Source of the DNA: Laribacter sp.
Lineage (GTDB): Bacteria > Pseudomonadota > Gammaproteobacteria > Burkholderiales > Aquaspirillaceae
DNA length: 46,753 nt
Assembly (NCBI GenBank): GCA_018055005.1
Contig: JAGPIM010000001.1
Location: forward strand, 1 to 46,753
Reading direction: 5' to 3'
The position numbers and the translations under genes are program-made. This document shows, piece after piece, positions 32,865 through 43,569 of the stretch (within the stretch, counting starts at the first letter, position 1; the number at the start of each line of letters is the position of its first letter). Under the pieces are notes generated by a model. That model did no database searches. It was not told the origin of the DNA and saw only the letters and a program-made list of their open reading frames with translations.

Positions 32865-34049
32865 ATGCAACAAGAAGTCGTCGTCGTCGCGGCCAAACGT
32901 ACTGCCGTTGGCTCGTTTTGCGGATCGCTGTCTAAAATTGCATCATCGGATCTTGGCGCTGCCGTGATCAAGTCATTACTGGCTGAAACAGGTGTGACTG
33001 CCGAGGCGGTCAGTGAGGTGATTCTGGGACAGATCCTGACCGCAGGCACCGGGCAAAACCCGGCCCGGCAGGCCTTGATCAAGGCTGGTCTTCCGATCAC
33101 GACTCCGGCCAGCTCGCTCAACGTATTGTGCGGTTCCGGCTTGCGTGCAACCCATCTGGCGGCACAAGCCATCGCACTGGGTGACGCAGAAATCGTCATT
33201 GCCGGTGGTCAGGAAAACATGTCGTTGGCTCCTCATCTGCTGCCTGGCGCACGTGATGGCTTCCGTATGGGATCGGCACAGCTGCTCGATCACATGATCA
33301 ACGATGCCCTGACCGATGCGTACAACCACTACCACATGGGCATTACGGCAGAGAACATCGCCGAAAAGTACGGTATTACCCGTGAAGAGCAGGACCAGTT
33401 TGCGGTCCTGTCGCAAAATCGTGCCGAGGCTGCCCAGAAGGCTGGCAAGTTCGAAGCCGAGATCACGCCGATCATGCTTCCGCAGCGCAAGGGTGATCCT
33501 GTTGCTTTTGCTACTGACGAGTTTGTCCGCCACGGAGTCACGATGGATGTTCTGGCCAAAATGCGCCCGGCCTTCAAGAAGGACGGAACCGTGACGGCTG
33601 GTAATGCCTCAGGTATCAATGATGGTGCAGCAGCCGTCATGCTGATGTCGGCTCGCAAGGCTGCGGAACTGGGGCTCAAGCCGATGGCTGTCGTGCGCGG
33701 TTATGCCCTGACCGGATGCGCTCCGGAGATCATGGGCATGGGGCCGGTTTCGGCCACCCGCAAGGCCTTGGCCCAGGCCGGCTGGACATTGCAGGATCTG
33801 GACCTGATCGAAGCGAACGAAGCCTTTGCCGCCCAGTCACTGGGAGTGGCCCGTGAGCTGGAATGGGATATGGGCAAAGTCAACGTCAATGGCGGTGCAA
33901 TTGCCATCGGTCACCCGGTCGGGGCTTCGGGGGCGCGAGTGCTGGTGACCTTGTTGCATGAAATGCAGCGTCGCGAGTCGCGCAAAGGTCTGGCGACCTT
34001 GTGCATCGGTGGCGGCATGGGGGTGGCTCTGGCTGTCGAAGCCTGCTAA
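32865..34049 (+). CDS. phaA: Acetyl-CoA C-acetyltransferase (beta-ketothiolase)
   Basis: [49 protein letters not shown]. Confidence 0.95.
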   Translation: MQQEVVVVAAKRTAVGSFCGSLSKIASSDLGAAVIKSLLAETGVTAEAVSEVILGQILTAGTGQNPARQALIKAGLPITTPASSLNVLCGSGLRATHLAAQAIALGDAEIVIAGGQENMSLAPHLLPGARDGFRMGSAQLLDHMINDALTDAYNHYHMGITAENIAEKYGITREEQDQFAVLSQNRAEAAQKAGKFEAEITPIMLPQRKGDPVAFATDEFVRHGVTMDVLAKMRPAFKKDGTVTAGNASGINDGAAAVMLMSARKAAELGLKPMAVVRGYALTGCAPEIMGMGPVSATRKALAQAGWTLQDLDLIEANEAFAAQSLGVARELEWDMGKVNVNGGAIAIGHPVGASGARVLVTLLHEMQRRESRKGLATLCIGGGMGVALAVEAC

Positions 34050-34080
34050 GCAAGTCCTGAGATCAGTCACTTGCTCATCA

Positions 34081-34113
34081 AACGGGTTGGCTGTTGCCGG
34101 CCCGTTTTGTTTT
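34081..34113 (+). terminator. Intrinsic terminator after phaA
   Basis: AACGGGTTGGC-TGTT-GCCGGCCCGTT followed by TTGTTTT. Confidence 0.6.
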
Positions 34114-34267
34114 GCCGGTTTCCAGTCATGTTTCGGCTTTCTCCGGCCGGATGCCTGCGCGACATTCTTGTTGCAAGGTTCGGCTTTCCGGGACTACCGG
34201 CAGCAAGAGAGTCGGCTTTTTGGTTACAATCGATCCATTTTTCACGCTTTCGCGCCATAGAATTCAC

Positions 34268-37084
34268 ATGATGGAACTTGCCAAGAGCTTTGAACCCGGC
34301 AATATCGAAAACCGCTGGTATGACCGCTGGGAAGCTGCCGGCTATTTCAAGCCGAGCATGGATACGGACCGCCCGTCCTTCTGCATCCAGTTGCCGCCGC
34401 CGAACGTCACCGGCACCCTGCACATGGGCCACGCCTTCAATCAGACCATCATGGATGGCCTGACCCGCTACTACCGCATGAAGGGCGACAACACGCTGTG
34501 GGTACCGGGTGCTGACCATGCCGGTATCGCTACCCAGATCGTTGTCGAGCGTCAGCTGGCCGAGCAAGGTGTCAGCCGCCACGACCTGGGCCGTGATGCA
34601 TTCATCGGCAAGGTGTGGGAGTGGAAGGAAAAGTCCGGCGGTACCATCACCAGCCAGATGCGCCGTGTCGGCTGCTCGGTCGACTGGGACAAAGAGTACT
34701 TCACCATGGACGACAAGATGTCGACCGCGGTGACCGAAGTCTTCGTGCGCCTGTACGAGCAGGGCCTGATTTACCGCGGCAAGCGCCTGGTAAACTGGGA
34801 TCCGAAACTGGGTACCGCCGTGTCCGATCTCGAGGTGATCTCGGAGGAAGAAGACGGCAAGATGTGGCACATCCGCTACCCGGTCGTCGGTTCCGATGAC
34901 GTAGTGGTAGTTGCCACCACTCGCCCGGAGACGCTGCTGGGTGACGTTGCCGTTGCTGTCAATCCTGATGACGAACGCTATCAGCACCTGGTCGGCAAGC
35001 AGCTTGAACTGCCGTTGACCGGTCGCACCATTCCGGTGATAGCCGACGATTACGTCGATGCCGCCTTCGGGACCGGCTTCGTGAAGATTACCCCGGCACA
35101 CGACTTCAATGACTACCAGGTCGGCAAGCGCCACAACACCCGGCTGATCAACGTGATGAGCCTTGATGCCACCATGCTGGCCAAGGCACAGGTGTTCGGC
35201 TTTGACGGCAGTGCGCAGGGCACGATCGACCTGCCGGCTGCCTACGCCGGCCTGTCCACCAGCGACGCCCGCAAAGCCATGCTGGTTGATCTCGAAGCCG
35301 CCGGCCTGCTGGTGGACACCAAACCGCACAAGCTGATGGTGCCGCGTGGCGACCGTACCGGTTCGGTGATCGAACCGCTGCTGACCGACCAGTGGTTTGT
35401 CGCCATGACCAAGGTGGGAGAGGGCGACGCTACCGGCAAGAGCATCACCCAGAAAGCGATCGACGCGGTCGAGTCGGGCGAAGTGCGCTTCGTGCCGGAA
35501 AACTGGGTCAATACCTACAACCAATGGATGAACAACATCCAGGACTGGTGCATCAGCCGCCAGCTGTGGTGGGGCCACCAGATTCCGGCCTGGTACGACG
35601 AAGACGGCAAGGCCTATGTCGGCCGCACGCTGGAAGAAGTGCAGGCCCAGGCGCCGGGCAAGACGCTGCGCCGTGACGAAGACGTGCTCGACACCTGGTT
35701 CAGCTCGGCGCTGGTACCGTTCTCCAGCCTGGGCTGGCCGAACGAGACGCCGGAGCTCAAGGCCTTCGTGCCGTCGCAAGTGCTGGTCACCGGCTACGAA
35801 ATCATCTTCTTCTGGGTCGCACGCATGATCATGATGACGACTCATTTCCTCGGCAAAGTCCCGTTCAAGGACGTGTACATCCACGGCATCGTGCGCGACC
35901 ACGAAGGCAAGAAGATGTCGAAATCCGAGGGCAACGTGATCGATCCGGTTGACCTGATCGACGGTATTGCTTTGCCCGAGCTGATCACCAAGCGCACCAC
36001 TGGCCTGCGTCGCCCGGAAAAGGCACCGCAGATCGTCAAGGCGACCGAAAAACTTTTCCCTGAAGGCATTCCGGCTTTCGGTACCGATGCGCTGCGCTTC
36101 ACCATGGCCAGCTACGCGTCACTCGGTCGCTCGGTCAACTTCGATTTCAAGCGTGCCGAGGGCTACCGCAACTTCTGCAACAAGCTGTGGAATGCCACCC
36201 GTTTCGTGATGATGAACGTCGAGGGCAAGGACTGCGGTCAGGATGAATCCTTGCCGCTGGAGTACAGCTTTGTCGACAAATGGATCATCAGTCGTTTGCA
36301 GGAACTGGAAGCCGCTGTAACCGAGGCACTGGATACCTACCGCTTCGACATGGCTTCGCAGCTGATCTACGAATTCGTCTGGAACGAATACTGCGACTGG
36401 TACGTGGAACTGGCCAAAGTGCAGCTGGCCAATGGCAATGAAGCCCGGCAGCGTGCTACCCGCCGCACGCTGGTGCGCGTGCTGGAGGTGGCGCTGCGGC
36501 TGACGCATCCGATCATGCCGTTCATTACCGAGGAGCTGTGGCAAACCGTTGCTCCGCTGGCCAATGCCAAAAAGACTGACTCAATCATGGTGGCAGCATG
36601 GCCGGTGGCCGACATGTCGAAGGTGGATGCTGAAGCCTGCGAGCGCATGACGGTTTTCAAGGAGCTGGTCAATGCCATCCGTAACCTGCGTGGCGAGATG
36701 AATCTCGGCCCGTCGGTCAAGGCGCCGCTGTTTGTCGAAGGGCCGGCTGCCTATGCTGACTTCCTGCCCTACGCCAGACTGCTGGGCCGGTTGTCGGATG
36801 CTGCGGTGGTCGAGAAACTGCCAGAAGCTGATGCACCTGTCGCCATTGCGGGTGAGGCACGCCTGATGCTGAAAGTGGAGATCGACAAGGCTGCTGAAAC
36901 CGCGCGCCTGACCAAGGAAATCGGCAAGACTGAATCGGATGTTGAAAAGCTGACGGCCAAGCTGGAAAAACCCGGTTATGTCGACAAGGCACCGGCACAG
37001 CTGGTGGAACGTGACCGTGCCCAGCTGGCAGACCTGACGGACAGGCTCGCCAAGCTCAAGGCCCAGTTGGCCAAACTGGCCTGA
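34268..37084 (+). CDS. valS: Valine--tRNA ligase
   Basis: [31 protein letters not shown]-terminal coiled coil; start at ATG 34268 or 34271. Confidence 0.97.
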   Translation: MMELAKSFEPGNIENRWYDRWEAAGYFKPSMDTDRPSFCIQLPPPNVTGTLHMGHAFNQTIMDGLTRYYRMKGDNTLWVPGADHAGIATQIVVERQLAEQGVSRHDLGRDAFIGKVWEWKEKSGGTITSQMRRVGCSVDWDKEYFTMDDKMSTAVTEVFVRLYEQGLIYRGKRLVNWDPKLGTAVSDLEVISEEEDGKMWHIRYPVVGSDDVVVVATTRPETLLGDVAVAVNPDDERYQHLVGKQLELPLTGRTIPVIADDYVDAAFGTGFVKITPAHDFNDYQVGKRHNTRLINVMSLDATMLAKAQVFGFDGSAQGTIDLPAAYAGLSTSDARKAMLVDLEAAGLLVDTKPHKLMVPRGDRTGSVIEPLLTDQWFVAMTKVGEGDATGKSITQKAIDAVESGEVRFVPENWVNTYNQWMNNIQDWCISRQLWWGHQIPAWYDEDGKAYVGRTLEEVQAQAPGKTLRRDEDVLDTWFSSALVPFSSLGWPNETPELKAFVPSQVLVTGYEIIFFWVARMIMMTTHFLGKVPFKDVYIHGIVRDHEGKKMSKSEGNVIDPVDLIDGIALPELITKRTTGLRRPEKAPQIVKATEKLFPEGIPAFGTDALRFTMASYASLGRSVNFDFKRAEGYRNFCNKLWNATRFVMMNVEGKDCGQDESLPLEYSFVDKWIISRLQELEAAVTEALDTYRFDMASQLIYEFVWNEYCDWYVELAKVQLANGNEARQRATRRTLVRVLEVALRLTHPIMPFITEELWQTVAPLANAKKTDSIMVAAWPVADMSKVDAEACERMTVFKELVNAIRNLRGEMNLGPSVKAPLFVEGPAAYADFLPYARLLGRLSDAAVVEKLPEADAPVAIAGEARLMLKVEIDKAAETARLTKEIGKTESDVEKLTAKLEKPGYVDKAPAQLVERDRAQLADLTDRLAKLKAQLAKLA

Positions 37085-37096
37085 GGCCGGCTGCAG

Positions 37097-37128
37097 AAAA
37101 ACACCCCGCATATTGCGGGGTGTTTTTT
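37097..37128. terminator. Bidirectional intrinsic terminator
   Basis: AAAAACACCCCGCA-TAT-TGCGGGGTGTTTTTT between convergent valS and FIST-GGDEF genes. Confidence 0.88.
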
Positions 37129-37140
37129 CATGGCCGGAAT

Positions 37141-38898
37141 TCAGGCGAGGGTAACGCGATTGCGGCCGTCGCGCTTGGACTGGTACATGGCGTGGTCCAC
37201 CCGGGCAAACAGGGTCTTGGCCGTATCGCCTGCATGCCAGACAGCAATGCCGAAGCTGGCGGTCTGAGGGCCGACGGAGCCGAAGTTGTGTCCGGCAATG
37301 GTCCGGCGCAGTTTGTCAGCCACCTTGCGGGCTGATTCGATGGAGGTCTGTGGCAGAACGATCAGGAATTCCTCGCCACCCCAGCGGCCGGCCGTGTCGG
37401 AGTTGCGCAAGGTCTGGCGCAACAGGGCAGCGATTTCGATCAGGACCCGGTCACCGACCTGATGTCCGTACTGGTCATTGACCAGCTTGAAATGGTCCAG
37501 GTCCAGCAGGATCAGGGAAAATTCCTGTGCGTGCCGCTGTGCCAGTGATACCTGGCGTGCAACTTCTTCGTCCAGACGCAGGCGGTTGGCAAGGCCGGTC
37601 AGGCGGTCGGTGGAGGACAGTTTTTCCAGTTCGCGGTTGCTGGAGACCAGTTCGTTGATCAGGACATTGTTGAAGTACACCAGTCGTTGCAGGATGCGGC
37701 TGTGTTGTCTGGAGATGGCATCGAATGTCTTGAGGGAGCCTTCGATCCGGGTGTGACCCGTTTGCCCATAGGGGCGTTCACCCTCGCGCAGGCCGACGGC
37801 CACCAGGGTGGCATTGAGCAGTTGGTAGTCGCCATGCTGGCCGACGAATTCACCGTAAGTATAAAAGCCGCTGGCCGGCGCGATGGCATGGAAGGCACTG
37901 ATTTCGAGCTGCACGTCTTCCTGCATCAGAGAATGCCGGGTGGAGCAGGAGTAGAGGAACAGGCCTTCGGGGGCAAAAGCCGCTACCTGCTCAAGGGTCT
38001 TGCCGGTCTGCTCCAGAATGACCGGTATGCTGCCATAACCGAAATGTACGGTTTCACCGGTCTGCAGGTCGGCAATGAAGCTCAGGCTCAGGTCGTCGTT
38101 GACGGCAATGGGAATGCGTGCGAGCTGTGCGCCGTTGCGGTCAAGCAGGATGGGAAATTCGAGCGAATTCTGGAAAAAGTTTTCGTCCGCCTCGATGCCC
38201 AGATAGTGGCGGTAGGCTTCAAAGGCCGGACGGTTGTCGATGGTGCGGACATTGAAGCCTTCGACATCGGTCAGGCGCATGCTGCGACCGACCGGCTGCC
38301 AGCCCAGATGGGTCCAGATCCCCACTTCAAGGTCCGGCCCGCAGAGTGCTACCGCCACGGCGGCACATGAAAATGTCCGGCCGTTGCACATGACCCACGA
38401 CTGGCTGAATCCGTGCAGGTCTGCCGCCCCGCCGCCAAAGACCGGCAAGTCACCCCTGACTTCGCGCAAGCCTTGCAGCAGGCAGTCGGCCCGAAGCGTG
38501 ATCGGCGTGGCCAGTAGCAGCAACCCCCGCAGGAAAGGCAGCGAACAGGCCTGTTCCGCCAGGTGCCGGCCGGCAGAAAGTTCACTTTCCGTGGCAACCG
38601 GCAGGACAAAAGGGTGAAGTTCCGCTGCATCGAAAAACGCGATGGACAGCATGGTGTTGCCGGTTTCAAGTTGACCGTCACAGATTTCGCCAACCGATGT
38701 CGAACCGACCACTACGGCCCTGGGCCAGACCTGCCGCAACGTGTCTGCAAGGCTGCCAAGCCATTCCGGGTCGCTGCGCACGGTGTAGATCTGGACCAGA
38801 ATGGAGTGGGCCTGCTCCGCACGAGAGCGGAGGTCTCCATCGTTCAGTAACGGGATCAGCTCACTTTGATGGCGAATAATGAACGAAACGTGGTTCAC
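37141..38898 (-). CDS. FIST-domain diguanylate cyclase
   Basis: FIST motifs (GSTSVGEI, PVFGGGAAD, GWQPVG, LYSC..R, GFYTYGE, NATLV) plus GGDEF domain (TDRLTGLANR, RNSD I-site, GGEEF). Confidence 0.92.
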   Translation of the reverse strand: MNHVSFIIRHQSELIPLLNDGDLRSRAEQAHSILVQIYTVRSDPEWLGSLADTLRQVWPRAVVVGSTSVGEICDGQLETGNTMLSIAFFDAAELHPFVLPVATESELSAGRHLAEQACSLPFLRGLLLLATPITLRADCLLQGLREVRGDLPVFGGGAADLHGFSQSWVMCNGRTFSCAAVAVALCGPDLEVGIWTHLGWQPVGRSMRLTDVEGFNVRTIDNRPAFEAYRHYLGIEADENFFQNSLEFPILLDRNGAQLARIPIAVNDDLSLSFIADLQTGETVHFGYGSIPVILEQTGKTLEQVAAFAPEGLFLYSCSTRHSLMQEDVQLEISAFHAIAPASGFYTYGEFVGQHGDYQLLNATLVAVGLREGERPYGQTGHTRIEGSLKTFDAISRQHSRILQRLVYFNNVLINELVSSNRELEKLSSTDRLTGLANRLRLDEEVARQVSLAQRHAQEFSLILLDLDHFKLVNDQYGHQVGDRVLIEIAALLRQTLRNSDTAGRWGGEEFLIVLPQTSIESARKVADKLRRTIAGHNFGSVGPQTASFGIAVWHAGDTAKTLFARVDHAMYQSKRDGRNRVTLA

Positions 38899-39621
38899 GA
38901 AATGTAGTCATTCGATAGAGGTAGTTGATTTTCCACTTTTATTGCTCATGAATGCAATTTTGTTATGCGAAATAATTTATTTGTGGTGGAAATTCATCTT
39001 TGCGAGTGAGCTTGCTGCAAGCAGCCAAACACGGTTTGACTACCTGATGACGGTCTGTATCAGGTCGGTGTCCGGCTTTGCAAATGGCTAGTCTGATAGA
39101 TGGAAATGAATGCACCAGATTCACACGGGGAGGAATTTTGAGTATTCATATTGTTTTAAAGTTGATATTTTCTTTTAAATTCATTAAGTTAATGTTAAAT
39201 GTCATTTAATGAAATTAAATTTATGCTATTGAAATCCATAATTGCTTGTTGGTTTTAATGTCAAAAGGATTAATAAATGTGAATGCTATATTCATGATGC
39301 GTCTATGTAACTACTGAGCATGCATCAGCAATGAAGCCAATGAGACATCCGTAGTAAAAACCAGTATCCGTTGGGTGGATATTGGCAAGAAGGGAGCGCG
39401 GAGGATTTTTTGCACAACTCTCTCGTGCTGACCATACCGAGTTGCATGGTGCGGACATTTGAACATCAGCTGGCTGAGTTACGGATTTGTGTAGCACGAT
39501 GCCACCGCTTTACGCGGTTGGGCAGCCCCGTTATGGTGCGCTTGGGGTAACTGCGTCAGGGGGAGAGAAGAACCTAGCCTTCCGGCTATTTGCGCAACCA
39601 ATCTGAATACAGATAATGACT

Positions 39622-41016
39622 TTACAGTCCGACAATATGGCTGAAGTTGATGTCTGCTTCGAAAACACCGAGCAGCCTGCCTTTGGAGTCAAACAATGGT
39701 GATGACACCGTAAAACAATATTCTCCGGTATCTACCGAGCGGTACAGGTCTGATACCACAGGCTCCTTGGATTTAAGTGCCTCCAGAAACCACCGGCGAC
39801 CAGACCAGTTGTTTTTCCGGCCACTCTCGTCGAAGTGTCCAGGTGCAATATCCGCAGTAACTTGCATGCCCTGTGTATCAGTAATACAGATCATTTCAAA
39901 TGCTGACTCCTGTTTGCACAATGCCACCAGTTTTCTGTCTAGGTCTGCTCCATCCAGTTTTTCCAGATTCCATCCCGAAATGACTTTGGTAATCATGTCC
40001 CGGCTTTGCTGGTGACCTTCAAAGCGGAAATTGCCAACAGCAGCCAGCAGCAGGTCACTCTTGTCCCGAACCTGGTTTGCTGTCACGGCCAACTGGTGAG
40101 CATCAGCAAGTTGCTGGTGAGTACCCTCTGCCACTTTGCCAATCTGGCTAACGATATCGTTGACTTTTTCGGTTTGCTCGGCGCTGGTGGCTGCAATGGC
40201 ATGGACATGCTCAATCAGTGTCGAAATGTCTTGCGATGCCGCATGGATGGATTCTCCTGCTGCGCATGAAAGGGACACTCCTTTTTTCACCAGTCCGTCC
40301 ATTGCTTCCATTGTCGTGCTGGAGTTATCGACTTGTTGCTGAATGGTGGCCAATAACGACTCAACGTCCTGAGTTGCCTGCATGGTCTGATCAGCCAGCT
40401 TGCGAACCTCGTCTGCCACTACCGCGAATCCCCGGCCTTGTTCGCCTGCACGAGCAGCTTCAATTGCTGCATTGAGTGACAACAAGCGGGTCCGGTCCGC
40501 AATGTTCTTGATCAATTCCACTACCTCGCCGATCGACAGCGAGCTTTGTTTCAGAGCGTGAATCTGCTTTCCCAATGCCTCGGTGCTTTGTCCGATTGAC
40601 TGGATCTGGCGCCGGTTTTCCTCATCGTTTGCATTGGCACTGGCGACGGCTGCAGCAACCTGCCCTGAAAAACCGGATGCTTCGGCGGCACTGACTGCAA
40701 TCGAATGAACAGTCTCGGACAGGATCTGGCTGGCTGAAGCAATGTCTGCTGCACTGCGCTGCTGCTCCCGTGCGCGGTCTTCCAGCCGTTTTGACAGGCT
40801 TGCCAGACCCGGTGCCAGCCGGGACATCTGGATCGAATGGCCGACAACCTTGTAGATGGACTCACGAAAGCCCTGCAGCCACATGTTGAGCAAACGGCTG
40901 CTCCGCTCGAAGGCTCCTTGACTGTCTGGCAGCTTTACGGTCAGGTCAAACCCGCTACGGGTCGCCTGCTCGAGTGGCTGAAGGAATTTTTTCAGGCTGT
41001 GCGCACAAATAAACAT
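39622..41016 (-). CDS. Soluble methyl-accepting chemotaxis protein with C-terminal Cache/PDC-like domain
   Basis: MCP hairpin [31 protein letters not shown]; no TM segment; C-terminal NWSGRRWF...[35 protein letters not shown] is Cache-like. Confidence 0.88.
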   Translation of the reverse strand: MFICAHSLKKFLQPLEQATRSGFDLTVKLPDSQGAFERSSRLLNMWLQGFRESIYKVVGHSIQMSRLAPGLASLSKRLEDRAREQQRSAADIASASQILSETVHSIAVSAAEASGFSGQVAAAVASANANDEENRRQIQSIGQSTEALGKQIHALKQSSLSIGEVVELIKNIADRTRLLSLNAAIEAARAGEQGRGFAVVADEVRKLADQTMQATQDVESLLATIQQQVDNSSTTMEAMDGLVKKGVSLSCAAGESIHAASQDISTLIEHVHAIAATSAEQTEKVNDIVSQIGKVAEGTHQQLADAHQLAVTANQVRDKSDLLLAAVGNFRFEGHQQSRDMITKVISGWNLEKLDGADLDRKLVALCKQESAFEMICITDTQGMQVTADIAPGHFDESGRKNNWSGRRWFLEALKSKEPVVSDLYRSVDTGEYCFTVSSPLFDSKGRLLGVFEADINFSHIVGL

Positions 41017-41657
41017 TGTTACGTCTCACGGTGAAACCAGAGGAAGGCTGATCTCGGGGGATCTCCCGATAGCGCCGGATTTCCTCTTGGCAGACAACTC
41101 ATGGCAAACAGCTTTCTGGGCTTTGCTGTCATTGCCCCTGTTTTTGAATCAGCAAAATTTGCTACATTATAATAATCTTATTAATGATGTGCATAAACAG
41201 ATGTTGCAAAACCCATTCTGGAATGCGTCGGATATGGTCTTTTTTGGTACTGGTAATGGGTGGTGAAACTGATTGTTTAAATGATCAATTATGCCAATAT
41301 TATTTTATTTAAAATAAAAATGATTTTGGTATTTTTTCTTTTGAGGAAGAATATTGGTACCGAGCAGGAGAGTTTCTGATGAATTCTTGTGCTTCATAAA
41401 GCAAATCCAAGAAAAATTTAGTCATATTTTTTGACGTTAAATTTTTTTATGGATTTATTTGATGTTTTATTTTTGCATAAAACTTCATGTTTCTTGTTTT
41501 TTCCTGTAAAAAAACCTGGCGATTTTTAACTTTATGGACAGTTCCACTGTTTTGCGGTTGTTTTTATTTTAATTGGTTTTTTGTTGTGAGTATTTTTGGT
41601 TAAGTGTATTGACTTGTTGAGATGATGTTTGATTTATAAATATCTAATTGTATTAAT

Positions 41658-41671
41658 TTGATTGATGTCAA
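41658..41671. promoter_or_regulatory. FNR-like box upstream of the SatP-family gene
   Basis: TTGAT-TGAT-GTCAA, one mismatch to consensus; AT-rich context. Confidence 0.45.
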
Positions 41672-41792
41672 ATATTGTTTGCTGTTCATTAACAGGTTGC
41701 TTGTTTGTGATAAAAATGTTTGCGACCGAATATCAGGCAAGATTGACTGGTCGACATAAAAACAAACAAATGGATTTGCAAAGGTGTAGAAA

Positions 41793-42419
41793 ATGACTGT
41801 TGCACAACAAGCTATTACTGAAACCAGAATCATCCACTCTGATCCGACAGCATTGGGTGTATTTGGACTTTCGATGGTGACCTTTGTTGCTGCCTCCCAA
41901 AAAATGGGATGGACAACCGGGTCTGCATATATCATTCCATGGGCGTTGTTCTTGGGGGCCGCTGCCCAGATTTGGGCAGCCACTGTAGACTTCAAGAAAA
42001 ACAATTATTTCGGGTCCATCGTTCTGGGTGTATTTGGTTTGTTCTGGGCTGCTGTTGCCATGCATTGGGCAATCAGTCAAGGCATGTTCGGGGAGGCTGT
42101 ACTACAGAATGCAGATCCACGGCAGCTGGCATTTGCCTGTTTTGGCTACATGTTTTTTTCAGTATTCATCATGATTGCAGCTTTTGAAGCCAATAAGGTA
42201 TTTGCCGTCATACTGGTGCTGATCAATGTATTGCTGCCGTCCCTTGGCCTTTCCATTCTTGGAGTAAACCCGCCGCTGTTCTCCGGTCTGGCTGCTTGGT
42301 CAGAACTGTTGATTTCTCTTCTGGGATTTTATGCAGCGGGCGCGTTGTTTCTGAACAGCTTTTTTGGCCGGGTGATCCTCCCTCTGGGTAAACCGCTGGG
42401 GCTGATCAGGAAAGCGTGA
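41793..42419 (+). CDS. Acetate uptake transporter (SatP/GPR1/FUN34/YaaH family)
   Basis: SDPTALGVFGLSMVT (family NPAPLGL variant), NNYFG...FGLFW, six TM segments, LNSFFGRVILPLG. Confidence 0.88.
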   Translation: MTVAQQAITETRIIHSDPTALGVFGLSMVTFVAASQKMGWTTGSAYIIPWALFLGAAAQIWAATVDFKKNNYFGSIVLGVFGLFWAAVAMHWAISQGMFGEAVLQNADPRQLAFACFGYMFFSVFIMIAAFEANKVFAVILVLINVLLPSLGLSILGVNPPLFSGLAAWSELLISLLGFYAAGALFLNSFFGRVILPLGKPLGLIRKA

Positions 42420-42432
42420 TCAGCAGGTCATG

Positions 42433-42470
42433 AAAATCGCGCTGCACCATAAAAGGTACAGCGCGATTTT
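42433..42470. terminator. Bidirectional terminator between the SatP-family gene and queF
   Basis: AAAATCGCGCTG...CAGCGCGATTTT inverted repeat between convergent genes. Confidence 0.75.
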
Positions 42471-42487
42471 GTAAGGTGAGATGGATT

Positions 42488-42925
42488 TTATGCCGTGCAC
42501 CACTCTGCAACTGGCCATAGCGGGATGCCGCCACGCGGAGTAAAGCGTCCTTCTACACGAATCCACTTCGGGTGCAAAAGATTCACCAGATCATTGCAAA
42601 TCCGGCAAATGCAAGCTTCATGAAATTCACCGTGCATCCGGAATGATCCCAGATACAATTTGAGCGATTTTGATTCTACACACCATTCTGCCGGTTCCAT
42701 GTCAATGACGATGGTAGCGAAATCAGGCTGCCCTGTAATCGGGCACAGGCTGGTAAATTCCGGGCAGGTAATGTTGAGCTTGCCAGAGACCTGGTTTGGA
42801 TTGATTTCTGGGCGGTTATAGGGATTAGGGAAACGCTCAAGCAGGGCTGCGTCAGGTTGATCGTAACGGTATTCGGTTTTCCCGGAACCAAGGGATTTGA
42901 GTTCGTCGTGCAGGTTCATGGTCAT
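42488..42925 (-). CDS. queF: NADPH-dependent preQ0 reductase, unimodular (type I)
   Basis: EFTSLCPITGQPDFA, QueF motif ESKSLKLYLGSF, FHE, FTPRGGI; ~145 aa (start 42925 or 42919). Confidence 0.94.
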   Translation of the reverse strand: MTMNLHDELKSLGSGKTEYRYDQPDAALLERFPNPYNRPEINPNQVSGKLNITCPEFTSLCPITGQPDFATIVIDMEPAEWCVESKSLKLYLGSFRMHGEFHEACICRICNDLVNLLHPKWIRVEGRFTPRGGIPLWPVAEWCTA

Positions 42926-42939
42926 TCTCTTTTTAAAAT

Positions 42940-43569
42940 TCAGCGGATGCCTGCCAGCTTGTGATTTTGCAAAGACAGGTGCCAGTCCGGATGAAGCAGG
43001 CAAAAGCCGATGGCAGCCTTGATATGCATCGTTTGTTCAGGTCCATCCATCGGCTGTAGCCAGTAACGGGAAAAACCGGTCAACTCCACCGTTTCAGGCA
43101 GTAATCCGGGTTGCGGATAGACCAGTTTGAGCTCATCACCTTGTTTTTGTACCCACCCGGAACCGGCTTTGGGGCTGACGCACAGCCAGTCAATTCCGGG
43201 CGGGGCAGGAATGGTGCCGTTGGTTTCCACTCCCACTTCAAATCCTCGGGCATGCATGGCTTCGATCAGCTCTTCGTCGAGCTGCAACAGGGGTTCACCG
43301 CCGGTAAAGACCACGTAGGGGGAGCCGCCTGTTCCTGCCCAGCTGTCCGCGATCCGTCCGGCCAGTTCCTGGGCGCAGACGAATTTGCCTCCGTCCGGTC
43401 CTGTGCCGACAAAATCGGTATCGCAGAACTGGCATATCGCTTGTGCCCGGTCGGTTTCGCGGCCGCTCCACAGGTTGCAACCGGTAAAACGGCAAAACAC
43501 GGCAGGCCGTCCGCTATGTACGCCTTCGCCTTGCAGGGTATGGAAAATTTCCTTGACGGTGTAGGTCAT
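42940..43569 (-). CDS. queE: 7-carboxy-7-deazaguanine synthase (radical SAM, CX14CX2C type)
   Basis: EIFHTLQGEG, CNLWSGRETDRAQAICQFCDTDF, TGGEPLLQ, ETNGT, VSPK, SLQNHK. Confidence 0.95.
   Translation of the reverse strand: MTYTVKEIFHTLQGEGVHSGRPAVFCRFTGCNLWSGRETDRAQAICQFCDTDFVGTGPDGGKFVCAQELAGRIADSWAGTGGSPYVVFTGGEPLLQLDEELIEAMHARGFEVGVETNGTIPAPPGIDWLCVSPKAGSGWVQKQGDELKLVYPQPGLLPETVELTGFSRYWLQPMDGPEQTMHIKAAIGFCLLHPDWHLSLQNHKLAGIR

Noticed and set aside
34067-35902. Long antisense ORFs (611 aa opposite valS; likewise opposite yejF, xseA, lpxK, ettA)
   Set aside because: Shadow ORFs typical of GC-rich codon usage; no recognisable motifs.
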